Origin: Macrostomum hystrix
Lineage: Eukaryota; Animalia; Platyhelminthes
Direction of reading: 5' to 3'
DNA: 64,000 nt
NCBI GenBank assembly: GCA_950097015.1
Contig: CATNEN010000029.1
Span: forward strand, 5,518,001-5,582,000
Made by a program: the position numbers and the translations under genes. Of this stretch, positions 23,598 through 34,902 are shown in pieces; within the stretch, counting starts at the first letter, position 1, and every line of letters begins with the position of its first letter. The notes under the pieces are model-generated. The model was not told where the DNA came from. It was given only the letters and a program-made list of their open reading frames with translations, and did not search any database.

Positions 23598-24416
23598 ACT
23601 GAAGGATCTGGGAAATGTCTATGGAGTACACTGAAGGATCTGGGAATTGTCTATGGAGTACAAATCCACTGAATAATCTGGGAAATGTCTATGGAATCCA
23701 TTGAAGGATCTGGGAAATGTCTATGGAATGCACTGAATGATCTGGGAAATGTCTATGGAATCCACTGAATGATCTGGGAAATGTCTATGGAATCCATTGA
23801 AGGATCTGGGAAATGTCTATGGAATACACTAAATTATCTTGGAAATGTCTATGGAATCCACTGAATGATCTGGGAAATGTCTATGGAATACACTGAATGA
23901 TCTGGGAAATGTCTATGGAATCCATTGAAGGATCTGGGAAATGTCTATGGAATGCACTGAATGATCTGGGAAATGTCTATGGAATACACCGAAGGATCTG
24001 GGAAATGTCTATGGAATACACCGAATGATCTGGGAAATGTCCATGGAATACACTGAATGATCTGGGAAATGTCTATGGAATGCACTGAATGATCTGGGAA
24101 ATGTCTATGGAATCCACTGAAGGATCTGGGAAATGTCTATGGAATCCACTGAAGGATCTGGGAAATGTCTATGGAATCCACTGAAGGATCTGGGAAATGT
24201 CTATGGAATACACTGAATGATCTGGGAAATGTCTATGGAATACACTGAATGATCTGGGAAATGTCTATGGAATACACTGGATGATCTGGGAAATGTCTAT
24301 GGAATGCACTGAATGATCTGGGAAATGTCTATGGAATCCACTGAATGATCTGGGAAATGTCTATGGAATCCACTGAATGATCTGGGAAATGTCTATGGAA
24401 TCCATTGAAGGATCTG
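23598..24416. repeat. Minisatellite, 32 bp GGATCTGGGAAATGTCTATGGAATCCACTGAA x~25
   Basis: Tandem copies upstream of NR2F. Confidence 0.97.
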
Positions 24417-24507
24417 AATAATATGGGAAATAATGGGATCTGCTCGTTGTAAATCCTAAAAATTCCCGTCCCACATTGATAGATTTACAACTGTCGAGCA
24501 ATCGGAT

Positions 24508-24546
24508 GGGGTCAAAGGCCGAGTGGCTTTGCTGAGCTGAAGGTCA
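24508..24546 (+). promoter_or_regulatory. DR1-like nuclear receptor element plus extra AGGTCA half-site upstream of NR2F
   Basis: GGGGTCAAAGGCCG at 24508-24521 and AGGTCA at 24541-24546. Confidence 0.35.
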
Positions 24547-25363
24547 CACTGTTTCGCTCCGCCCATGCCGTCCCGTCAGTCAACCGGCCTGGCAAACTCC
24601 CCAAATTAAATATTAGACGAGAGTTCTGTAGAACAGTAAATATAAGTGGATGTTGAGCAGTCTATGCTCAACTGGTGAACAGGTTGCTATAGAATTTGCC
24701 TTCATATGTCAGTCAGTTCCGGGGCCTAGTAGCACAATGTGTAGTTAGTTTCGCTTAAGAACAAGTGGGGGGTGGGGTGTGCCGGAACCTGTCAAAAATT
24801 CTCCCTCGTGAGGCCTCAGGTGCGGAGTTCACAGACTCAATAGTCTATGTAGGGAGAAAAAACATGGCCCCGTGTGTGCCTTTCCAATCGGTTGACAATG
24901 AGCTCCCAAGTCTACTTGGCGGTAAAATTTGTTGCTCCATTATTCTCTTCTCTTATCTTGCCGACACTCGAAATCCCATTCGCTACTCCCCCAGGCCTAA
25001 CCCAATCAAACTCCACCCGACACTTCATTGCCCCATTTGCTACACTTCTCAAACAATAGCAACGTTATGAGATTTCTATCTACTTTAGCTTTGAGCACAG
25101 CTATAAAATATTCTACTACGATATGTTTTCTTTAGAAGTTTCACAAAGCTGTTTTGTCTGCCCGAGGCAGCCCCCCCTGCGCTGTGGGGTGCCCGTAGCC
25201 TCCCTGGGGTCCGCAGCCAATCACCGCCCAAACACTCTGCCGCATCATTGGCGCTCCCGAAATGCGGCCCTAGAAGTATGCATGCTCAACTCAACCATTC
25301 TCAAATTAGGAAGCGAAAATTGAAGGAAACACAACGAGAACCGTTATCAGAAACTGATTACCT

Positions 25364-28300
25364 ATGCTGAGCCAAAGACAAGGGCATGAGTCTAGCTCAC
25401 CAGTATGGATGGATGGCCCTCTGCAGCAACAGCAGCAGCAGCAGCAGCGGTTTGTTCAGCATTGCCAGTTGCATCAGCATCAACTTTTTGAAGACAAAAA
25501 ACCTCCAGTTGAGTCCATTGTCTTCGACAGTTCGGCCACTCATTCTTTTCTGACGGTTGCGGAGGTCGACAAGCGTAAGAGCGGCGTCGACGGTGATACG
25601 AATGGCGACGAGCTGAATCAACAACAGCAGCAACAGCAGCAGCAGCAGCAGCAGCAGTTGGGCATTGATTGTGTGGTCTGCGGTGACAGGGCGTCAGGTG
25701 AGGCTTTCATAAAATGGGAATTTTTGTTAATCTGCGTTTAGATAGAATGCATGGGGTTGTGCGAGCGAAAAACTCAAACAAAAATAAAGAAAAAAATAGG
25801 AGCAATATGAACTGAAGGCACAGCCGCAGTTATTGCCCAAGCATCGAACCGCTTTGTACAGCTGTTCAGTCCATGGTCAGGGGCGGCCGCCAGACCTTCC
25901 AAAATGACTTCCCCAACTGATTCTGGTAACAATTTTACAGCTTGCTCAACGTCACCATCGTTTCTGTTGGGCTGAGATTCGAACTCCGGACCTGTTGTAT
26001 ATCTCTGCTTGGCTACCTAGCAGCATTTTTAGTAGTTTATTATTATCAAAGAATAGTATTTGCAATGCTCAGTGCCCATCGATTGAATTCTCTCAGGCAA
26101 ACACTATGGCCAGTTCTCGTGCGAGGGCTGCAAATCGTTCTTTAAGCGTTCGGTTCGGCGCAACCTCACCTACAGTTGCCGTGGAAACGGCGTCGGCGGC
26201 GCCTGCCCGGTGGACACGCAGCACCGGAACCAGTGCCAGAAATGCCGATTCGACAAGTGCCTCGCCCTGGGGATGCGTCGCGAAGCTGTTCAACGAGGCC
26301 GGGGCGGATTGTCGCCAATTCGTTCCCGAGCGAATTTTCAGCTGCCCGTGTCGGTAGGTGTTGCGTCAGGTGTTGTATCAGGTGATGCGTCAGGTGTTGT
26401 GACAGGTGTTGCGTCAGGTGTTGTATCAGGTGATGCGTCAGGTGTTGTGACAGGTGTTGCGTCAGGTGTTGTATCAGGTGATGCGTCAGGTGTTGTGACA
26501 GGTGTTGCGTCAGGTGTTGTATCAGGTGATGCGTCAGGTTTTGTGTCAGGTGTTGAGTCAGGTGTTGCATCAGGTGTTGTATCAGGTGTTGTGTCAGGTG
26601 TTGTGTCAGGTGTTGAGTCAGGTGTTGAGTCAGGTGTTGTGCTGCGGTGTTGTGTCAGGTGTTGTGTCAGGTGTTGAGTCAGGTGTTGAGTCAGGTGTTG
26701 TGTCAAGTGTTATATCCGGTGTTATGTCAGGTATTTTGTCAGGTGTTGTGTCAGGTGTTGTGTCAGGTGTTGTGTCCGGTGTTGTGTCAAGTGTTGTGTC
26801 GGGTATTGTGTCAGGTGTTGAGTCAGGTGTTGTGTCAAGTGTTGTGTCGGGTATTGTATCAGGGGTTGTGTCAGGTGATGTGTCAGGTGATGTGTCAGGT
26901 GTTGTGTCAGGTGTTGCATCAGGTGTTGTATCAGGTGATGCGTCAGGTGTTGTGTCAGGTGTTGTGTCCGGTGTTGTGTTAAGTGTTGTGTCGGGTATTG
27001 TATCAGGGGTTGTGTCAGGTGATGTGTCAGGTGATGTGTCAGGTGTTGAGTCAGGTGTTGTGTCAGGATGGAGTGATTTATAACAGTTCTTTAATCTATT
27101 CCTCAATGATCCACAAGATCCCATATGAGATTCTGAAATAAAATAGATACCATATCCGACTAATGTTTTAGGTGTCTCCCTACGCGCCAAACAGTGGCTG
27201 GTGCTACAGTAACACATCGCCCCAGCAGCAGCAGCAGCAGCAGCAGCAAATCAGTGCCTGCATCTCAAGCCTGCTCAGCAGTCTGGTTTGGACTGACCAC
27301 CATCCACTGGCCTTGCCGCCCTGCTCCAGGCTGCCGCAGTCGCCGCCGACTTACCCGGATGTCGGCAACATCGGCTGCTGCTCCGGCGACTGGGTCCGGC
27401 AGCTGCTTTTCAGAGCGGTCTGCTGGGCCAGGAGGGCGCCATTCTTTGCCGACCTGAGCCAAGCCGACCAGCTGTGCCTCCTGCAGTCCAGCTGGGGACA
27501 GCTGATCGCGCTGACGCACCTGCAGCAGGTGGGGGAGCGGGGAGATGCCACGGGGATAATTGTCCACCAAGAGAGTGGGAAACCACAAGGATAATTGTCC
27601 ACCAAGAGAGTGGGAAACCACGGGATAATTGTCCACCAAGAGAGTGGGAAACCACAAGGATAATTGTCCACCAAGAGAGTGGGAAACCACAAGGATAATT
27701 GTCCACCAAGAGAGTGGGAAACCACGGGGATAATTGTCCACCAAGAGAGTGGGAAACCACGGGGATAATTGTCCACCAAGAGAGTGGGAAACCACGGGAT
27801 AATTGTCCAACAAGAGAGTGGGAAACCACAAGGATAATTGTCCACCAAGAGAGTGGGAAACCACGGGGATAATTGTCCACCAAGAGAGTGGGAAACCACG
27901 GGATAATTGTCCAACAAGAGAGTGGGAAACCACAAGGATAATTGTCCAACAAGAGAGTGGGAAACCACGGGGATAATTGTCCACCAAGAGAGTGGGAAAC
28001 CACAAGGATAATTGTCCACCAAGAGAGTGGGAAACCACGGGGATAATTGTCCACCAAGAGAGTGGGAAACCACAAGGATAATTGTTCAACAAGAGAGTGG
28101 GAAACCACGGGGATAATTGTCCACCAAGAGAGTGGGAAACCACGGGATAATTGTCCAACAAGAGAGTGGGAAACCACAAGGATAATTGTCCACCAAGAGA
28201 GTGGGAAACCACAAGGATAATTGTCCACCAAGAGAGTGGGAAACCACAAGGATAATTGTCCAACAAGAGAGTGGGAAACCACAAGGATAATTGTCCAACA

Positions 28301-29359
28301 AGAGAGTGGGAAACCACGGGGATAATTGTCCACCAAGAGAGTGGGAAACCACGGGAATAATTGTCCACCAAGAGAGTGGGAAACCACGGGATAATTGTCC
28401 AACAAGAGAGTGGGAAACCACAAGGATAATTGTCCAACAAGAGAGTGGGAAACCACGGGATAATTGTCCATCAAGAGAGTGGGAAACCACAAGGATAATT
28501 GTCCAACAAGAGAGTGGGAAACCACGGGGATAATTGTCCACCAAGAGAGTGGGAAACCACGGGATAATTGTCCAACAAGAGAGTGGGAAACCACGGGGAT
28601 AATTGTCCACCAAGAGAGTGGGAAACCACTGGGATAATTGTACACCAAGAGAGTGGGAAACCACGGGGATAATTGTCCACCAAGAGAGTGGGAAACCACG
28701 GGATAATTGTCCAACAAGAGAGTGGGAAACCACAAGGATAATTGTCCACCAAGAGAGTGGGAAACCACGGGGATAATTGTCCACCAAGAGAGTGGGAAAC
28801 CACAAGGATAATTGTTCACCAAGTGATTGGGTGTTGTCTTTCTACTGTTAGGAATGCAAATTCACTCATTACGCAGGCCGCAGAGGACGAGCAGTCAGGA
28901 GGATCCCCGTTCGCTGGCTTCGGCAGCCCCGCCGCGGCGGTCGCCCGTCTCCGCCAGATGCGAGCGGACACGGCCGAGCTGGCCTGCCTGAAGGCCCTGG
29001 CGCTGCTGAATCCGGACTGTCCGGGACTGCGCCAGCCCGCACAGGTGGAATCCGGCCAGGCCCGGGTGCAGTGGGCCCTAGCCGAGTACTGCCGCTTTAG
29101 ACAGCCGAGCTCCTCCTTCACTGGCGGCGACAGTGGAAGCGGCGATCGTTTCGGCCGCCTGCTGCTGCGTCTACAGTCAATGGCCTCGACGCAGCCGCCG
29201 CCACCACCGGCGCCGACGCAGCTGGAGGCGGGGCGACTGATGCGCGACCTTCTTATCGGGCCGCAGCCGCACCCACCAGTGCCGCCACCTCCGCCGCAGC
29301 CGCCTCATGCATCAACCGCTACAATTTCAGGGCAACGCTTTGCTGGCTACTTGCAGTAG
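25364..29359 (+). CDS. NR2F: COUP-TF/seven-up-like nuclear receptor (NR2F) with polyQ N-terminus
   Basis: Exons 25364-25697, 26097-26353, 27172-27528 and 28877-29359. DBD reads [35 protein letters not shown]...[14 protein letters not shown] carries the signature [11 protein letters not shown]...DQL.LL plus [10 protein letters not shown] and RFGRLLLRL. The start codon is uncertain. Confidence 0.88.
25818..26010 (-). mobile_element. Degenerate SINE family B in NR2F intron 1
   Basis: GCACAGCCGCAG, GCTGTTCAGTCCATGG and an antisense B-box GATTCGAAC. A further remnant lies at ~19628-19725. Confidence 0.6.
26354..27068. repeat. Minisatellite, 12 bp GTCAGGTGTTGT, NR2F intron 2
   Basis: Starts at the donor site, about 58 units. 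Confidence 0.95.
27549..28822. repeat. Minisatellite, 34-35 bp GGATAATTGTCCACCAAGAGAGTGGGAAACCAC(AA/GG/G), NR2F intron 3
   Basis: About 36 tandem copies. Confidence 0.97.
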
Positions 29360-30310
29360 GATACTTTGGACGTATTACTTATTATTCGAGCCAGTAAATG
29401 GTATATTATTTTTTAGTACATGTAGTCAATGCTTTTGTCTTTTTCATTAAGCACTTAGAAGATCAATGCCTTTCATGTTAGCCCTTAGCAACAGCAGCAA
29501 TAGTTCTATTGCTACAATCAAAGCCTTTTGTCTTAGTCTTGTAAGTTTGTGTTGTCTCGCCTCTTTATATGTTTTTTTAGATAATCTATAATGCCAAATG
29601 AAAGCCTAAATGGTAGGTCATCTTTAAAAATGGTGCTTAAGCCTTGCATTTTTTTGTTAAAAATTAGCCAAATTTTATTGCAACTCGTTGTCGGTAAAAA
29701 AACATCACACCAAAAGCTGAAATAAAAACATTTTTTTGTCTTCACAAGGACAAATACAACACTGTAAATAATTGTTTAGAAAAAATGTATTTTTTTCATT
29801 GGTTTGAAAATGGAAGACCGAGTTAGATTGCTCTTGTATTGATTGTCTAGTTTGTACAGTGATCACGTGACACAACTTTGTTTCTCGGAATGTTAATTTT
29901 ATTAGCTTAAAAATATTATAAAAATAGAAAAGGTTTAAAAACTAAAAAAACTTACTATATTGTTACACTATAAAAAAGTAACATGCGACAAATAATTGCC
30001 AGCACATTTACGATTGCACACTCAGTAAAAAGCATTTAGCGGCACCGCGAAAATCTGATAATTGTCTATGGCTAAACTCGAATGTCTGTGCAACTGCGAT
30101 CTTTTTTTCTCGATGTCAGGTCAAGGACTTCTATAAATAGCAAAAAACATAGATGCTATGGATACAATATATAGAAGTCCTTAGTGCAAATAATTTCTCC
30201 TTACTGATTCAATAGTCAATGGTAAAATCCGATTCGTAAAAGTCCACTAGTCTCTAAATCAGGTCTCTAGTCTCTAGGCAGCTCTCTAGTCTATGGCCGA
30301 ACCTCCATCA

Positions 30311-33300
30311 TCAAAGTCGGTCCACTATCCAATTTCCCTGCTCATTGTCGGCAGTGTTGAGCTCTGGCTCAAAGCTTGCCGCGGCGGCGGCTGCGGCTGC
30401 CTCCTCTTCGGCGGCCAGACGGTCGCGCAGTTCGCCAAGCTCCTGACGCCAGGCGGCCTCGATGTCTCGCGCCTGGTCGGCCTCGCGCTCGTGCATATGG
30501 CGCCTCCGCGCCGAAATCTCGCGCTCGGCCTCCTCGGACTGGCGCGAGGCGCGCTTGTCCAGCTCGGCCAATTCGCGGGCGGCCTTGGCCTCCAGCTCCG
30601 ACAGCAGCTGGCGGGTCCGGTGGGCCTCCGATTCGTCGAATTCGCGCTGCAGTCGGCGCTGGAGAGCCGCGTCCTCCGATGTGATTGGCTGGTTGGGCGG
30701 GGAAGGATGTGATTGGCTGGTTCGGCGGGGAATTATGTAATAGGCTGATTGGGCGGGGAAGGATGTGATTGGCTGGTTGGGCGGGGAAGGATGTGATTGG
30801 CTGGTTCGGCGGGGAATTATGTAATAGGCTGATTGGGCGGGGAAGGATGTGATTGGCTGATTGGGCGGGGAAGGATGTGATTGGCTGGTTGGGCGGGGAA
30901 GGATGTGATTGGCTGGTTGGGCGGGGAAGGATGTGGTTGGCTGGTTGGGTGGGGAAGGATCTGTGGCTGGATGGGCGGAGAAGGGATACTTCACGAGGGA
31001 TTTGGGGATCTTTTACTATGGATTATGGGATAATCAACAAAAGTGATTTTTTAATTTCACGACGAATTTAAAACTTTGAAAATTAAAAATTATCTAGAAT
31101 ATTTGGGAAGGATTGAGCAAAGTTAAACGAGAGATTCGGGGATCTTTAAAGATGGAATTAGGAGTCATCAAATGAGGATTAGAATTGTCTTATTGGACAG
31201 AGCATTTTGACTGGGTTTTGACATATCCTATAATTTTTTTAGACTACATTGTTGATCCCAAGCGAACCTTCGATCCCCGTGACGGCAGCTGCAGGCTGTC
31301 CCTGAAGGCGCTGGCTCGCACCGCTCGCTCCTCCTTGATGAGGCGCGGCCAGCCGCGGCGCTCCTCCACCTGGCGTCGAGCCAGGCCGTCTCGCTGCTCG
31401 TCCAGCCGTCGGCGCAGCTCCGCCGCCTCCAGCTCGCTCCGCTCATCCGCCAGCCGACGACGAAGGCGCCACCGGTCAGCCAGCTGACTTAGCCGGAGGT
31501 CACGCACCTCGGCTAGCCGGCGCTCCTCGGTTTCGGCTCGCTGACGACGCGCCCGAGACTCTAGTGCCAGTCGGGCTCGCTGACGCTCGCCGATTGAAGT
31601 CCTGGCGGCGTCGGCTTCTCGCTGAAGCCGCTGGAGGGCCGCCTCCAGCTCCTGTTTAGCCCGGGCCGCCTCGACTGCCCACCTGGCCGACAGCCGGTCT
31701 CGCTCCTCCGCTTGCACGGCGTCCAACTCCGCTTCAGCTTTGTGCTGCGCCCGTCCGCGCTGCTTCTGCTCGCGGAGCTCGGCACGCCTGACAAGTTTTG
31801 GGAGAATTGCGGATAGTTGCTAAGGGATTAGACGTGGTTGCTATGCGGTTAGACTTGGTTGCTATGGGGTTAGACTTGGTTGCTATGGTATTAGACGTTG
31901 GTCGCTATGGGACTAGATATGTTTGCTATGGGACTAGATATGTTTGCTATGGGATTATACGTGATTTCTATGAGATTAGACGTGGTTGCTATGGGATTAG
32001 ACACGGTTAATATAGGATTATACATGGTTGCTATACTGTATTTTAAAGCGCACCTGCTGAGAAACTGTTCCTGCAACTTGCCCTCGTTCCCCTTGCGTAC
32101 AGTGCGCATTGTGGTCGTAACAATGACATTGCCGCTGTCGTCAGTAAACACCCGCTTCTTGCTGATCACCACGGAGTCAGACTGCAAAAGGTAGCGGTTT
32201 CAGTGTTTACCTTTACGTTTTAAGAGACTTTCGACAGTTGCTACTATCAAAGCAGGAAGGCAGTAGAGTGAAACGCGAATTATTCATGCACAACAGTTTC
32301 TACGAGTACATTATTGTTTCTAAAAGCTAGAAAAAATCTTACGTCAGCCTCCGCAACGGAGGGAACCGACTTTTCGATGTCCGCTGTCATGCTGCCACCG
32401 CCACCGCCGCCGCTCTCCAGCTGAACTATTGTGAAGTCGATTCCACCAGCAAGGGCTTCCAGCTCATCTTGCATCACCAGCAGGACCACAGCAGGTATGC
32501 TGGGATCGCAGCCCTCGTCGGCGAGGACCTCCTCCAGAAGCTCCTGACACAATGAATCAGCCAGAGCATCCGTCCATTGTGACTGCTGTTCAATTGAAGT
32601 CTAAAAATCGAACAAATGAAAAAAAATTGACTTTTCTTAGAGTTTAAGAAGCTAAAAAATAAAAAAAGCTACTGACAGCAAAACCTGGCGGCGGCGCCAG
32701 TGTCTGATTTGGCTTCGACGCTGTTGAAGGTTTTGGCTTCGTTGCCGGCGGAAGCGTCGCTTTCTGTGCCGCTGTCGGTGTCGATGTTGGTGTCGGTGTC
32801 GATGTTGGTGTCGGTATCGATGTTGGTGTCGGTGTCGATGTTGGTGTCGGTGTCGATGTTGGTGTCGGTGTCGATGTTCGTGTCGGTGTCGATGTCGGTG
32901 TCGGTGTCGATGTTGGTGTCGGTGTCGATGTTGGTGTCGGTATCGATGTCAGTTGCGATATCGGTGTCGATTTCAGCGTTCCTTTCGGTGTCGATGTCGG
33001 CGTCGATGTCGCTGTCGAGATTGGTTTCGCCGAAGCTGCCGCCGGCCTGACCTCGACCTCCGGAGTAGCGCGCAGCTCGGAGACCAGGTTGCGCATGACC
33101 CGCCGATCGGTTTCGCTCAGTCCGACAAGAAAGTCAGCAGCCAGTAGTTCGCCAGTTTTCGCCCGCATTTCGGGCGGCTTAACCAAGCACCTGGATAGAA
33201 AGCTGTGAAAACTCGGCGACCACATGCTCTGCTTTGCAAGCCTGAAATTAGAAGGTAAATTCGAGGTTGCGCCATATCTGTTGACTTGCTAAAGCCGGCT

Positions 33301-34611
33301 CTGACTCACTTTGGCGGATCTCCTTTAATGACGCGAATGATGACCCGAGCCGGCTGCAGGTTGTGATGCGGCGGCAGCATCTGGGCCAGCTCGATCAGCG
33401 TCACTCCGAGGCTCCAAACGTCGGCGCGTGAGTCGTATTTCTGAATATCTGTTGTCTCGCAGGCCATGACTTCGGGCGCCATCCAGTACTGCGAGCCAAT
33501 GAACGTGCCGCGACGAGTCTCTGGCGAGTCGCCGATTGCCGAGACGCCAAAGTCTGCCAGTTTCACAACGGCGTCGGCGCTCAGCAAAACGTTTCCGGCC
33601 TTCACGTCGCGGTGTATGATGCCGTTTCCATGGAGATAGTGCAGCGCCCGGGTCATCTCCAGGCAGACAAACTTAATTTGCGGCTCCGACAAGCCTCTGC
33701 GAAGGGGGCGAGTGGCAGAGTGGTTAACGCGGTCCCTGAGCTGGATTCCGCGGCGAGGCCACATTAATTCTGGGCGCAGCCGCGGAGAGAAGGCTTGAGG
33801 GCTGGGCTTGTCGTGCAATTTACGCCATTGAAGGAAAACCTCCAAGGCACAGTGAGAGTGTACACAGCCTGACGATGAGAAAGTCAGGGCAGATGTACAC
33901 ACCTGCGTGAGCGTATGCCTGCGTTAAGTATCTGTGTGCGCGTGTGCTCAGGAGTCAGCGAAATGCGCAGAATTGCCTCCTCGCTGGCTGCGGGTCTAGT
34001 GTCACCAAATAATGTGCCATTGCTGCCCTCCTGTAATTATAATTAATAATCCTCTGCGAAGTGGGGGAGGTGGCAGAAAAAAGGTAGGAGCTGCCTTGTC
34101 GACAGTGGCAGAAGGAACTTCGCTCTCACCTGTCCAGCTCCATCATAACAGAGTCCAGAGCGCCCAGCTCGCAGAACTCCAGGCAGAGCCACAGTTTGCT
34201 GCTATGCAGAAACGCATCCAACAGGCGAGTGATGTTAACGTGGGAACACCTGGCCAGGACGCTCACCTTGTGAATTAAGCGCGGACCAGATCAGAATGCT
34301 TTTTAAAGTCTTAGATTAAAATCATAAAAAATGTTGGATAATGCTCGAATTTTTTTGCTCACCTCAGTCATGCTCTCTTCCAGATCCTCTTCGCTGTCGA
34401 TGGACACCTGCTTGATGGCGGCCAACTCGCCAGTCTGCAGGTGTTTAGCTCGGAACACCTCGCCGAATGCGCCATCGCCGAGCTTCTCCTCCCTGGCCCA
34501 GGTGAGGAGGGGATCCACGCCGTGTTTCACCGCCGGGTGCAGCCGCAGCTTTGGCGACTCATTTTGACGCTTGCCCAATCGGCCGTGCTTTAGAAACTCC
34601 AGTAGGCCCAT
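30311..34611 (-). CDS. SLK: STE20-like kinase of SLK/STK10 (LOK) type, ~868 aa
   Basis: Exons 34611-34363, 34266-34130, 33696-33310, 33241-32677, 32600-32343, 32181-32054, 31787-31268 and 30673-30311 are phase-consistent. Motifs LGDGAFGEV, AAIK, HRDVKAGNVL, LADFG, YWMAPEV and DVWSLG, followed by the SLK-like KKRVF...VTTT/RRAELRE segment and a coiled-coil tail. Confidence 0.88.
30678..30960. repeat. Minisatellite, 28 bp GATGTGATTGGCTGGTTGGGCGGGGAAG, SLK intron 7
   Basis: About 10 copies abutting the 3' splice site. Confidence 0.93.
31826..32030. repeat. Degenerate 21-bp minisatellite (TAGACTTGGTTGCTATGGGGT), SLK intron 6
   Basis: About 10 diverged copies. Confidence 0.8.
32776..32995 (-). 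repeat. Coding 18-bp repeat encoding (TPTSTP)n in SLK exon 4
   Basis: GTCGGTGTCGATGTTGGT tandem inside the open reading frame. Confidence 0.85.
33705..34050 (+). mobile_element. tRNA-headed SINE, family A, with 11-bp TSD
   Basis: A-box-like TGGCAGAGTGG, degenerate B-box, shared body (GGCACAGTGAGAGTGTACAC...CCTGACGATGAGAAAGTCAGG...GCCTCCTCGCTGGC) and AAT tail. TSD CCTCTGCGAAG at 33694-33704 and 34051-34061. Confidence 0.9.
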
Positions 34612-34902
34612 GCGATCAGCTGGCTGGGCTATGGGGCAAGGCATGTGTTGAATAGCTTTATCAAAACAGTTCACGCAAAGTTAAAATTGTCTATGCTATA
34701 ATAAATATGACAAAGCAAAATTATTAGCTAATAACGCACATATTTATACAAATTAAGACTTAATGCACTTTAGCGCAGTAAAAATATTTTTTCACAATTA
34801 GATATGCACTAGCAAGTTTTGCCCCCCTTCGGAGAGCAGAAATACTTTTAATTCGTCTAGTATATACTTTGTAGCAGCTGAATTTACAGCTTTTTAAAGC
34901 TA

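Noticed and set aside
29861-29870. Isolated E-box/CLEAR-like motifs (TCACGTGA here, GTCATGTGAC ~18620, CACGTG ~59183)
   Set aside because: Single short motifs with no supporting context are expected by chance in 64 kb.
32686-33050. Alternative acidic frame (GGSFGETNLDSDIDADIDT...) suggesting a frameshift in SLK exon 4
   Set aside because: The Thr/Pro frame is continuous with the kinase and splices in phase 0 (GCT|GTCAGT) to the next exon. The acidic frame has no compatible donor.
33868-33995. Hammerhead (CTGACGA...CGAAA) or HDV-like ribozyme in SINE family A
   Set aside because: By hand, no stem II closing pair or stem III-UH junction fits. For HDV, the P1 partner, the P1.1 GG and the P2 3' strand are missing. 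Kept only as a low-level lead.
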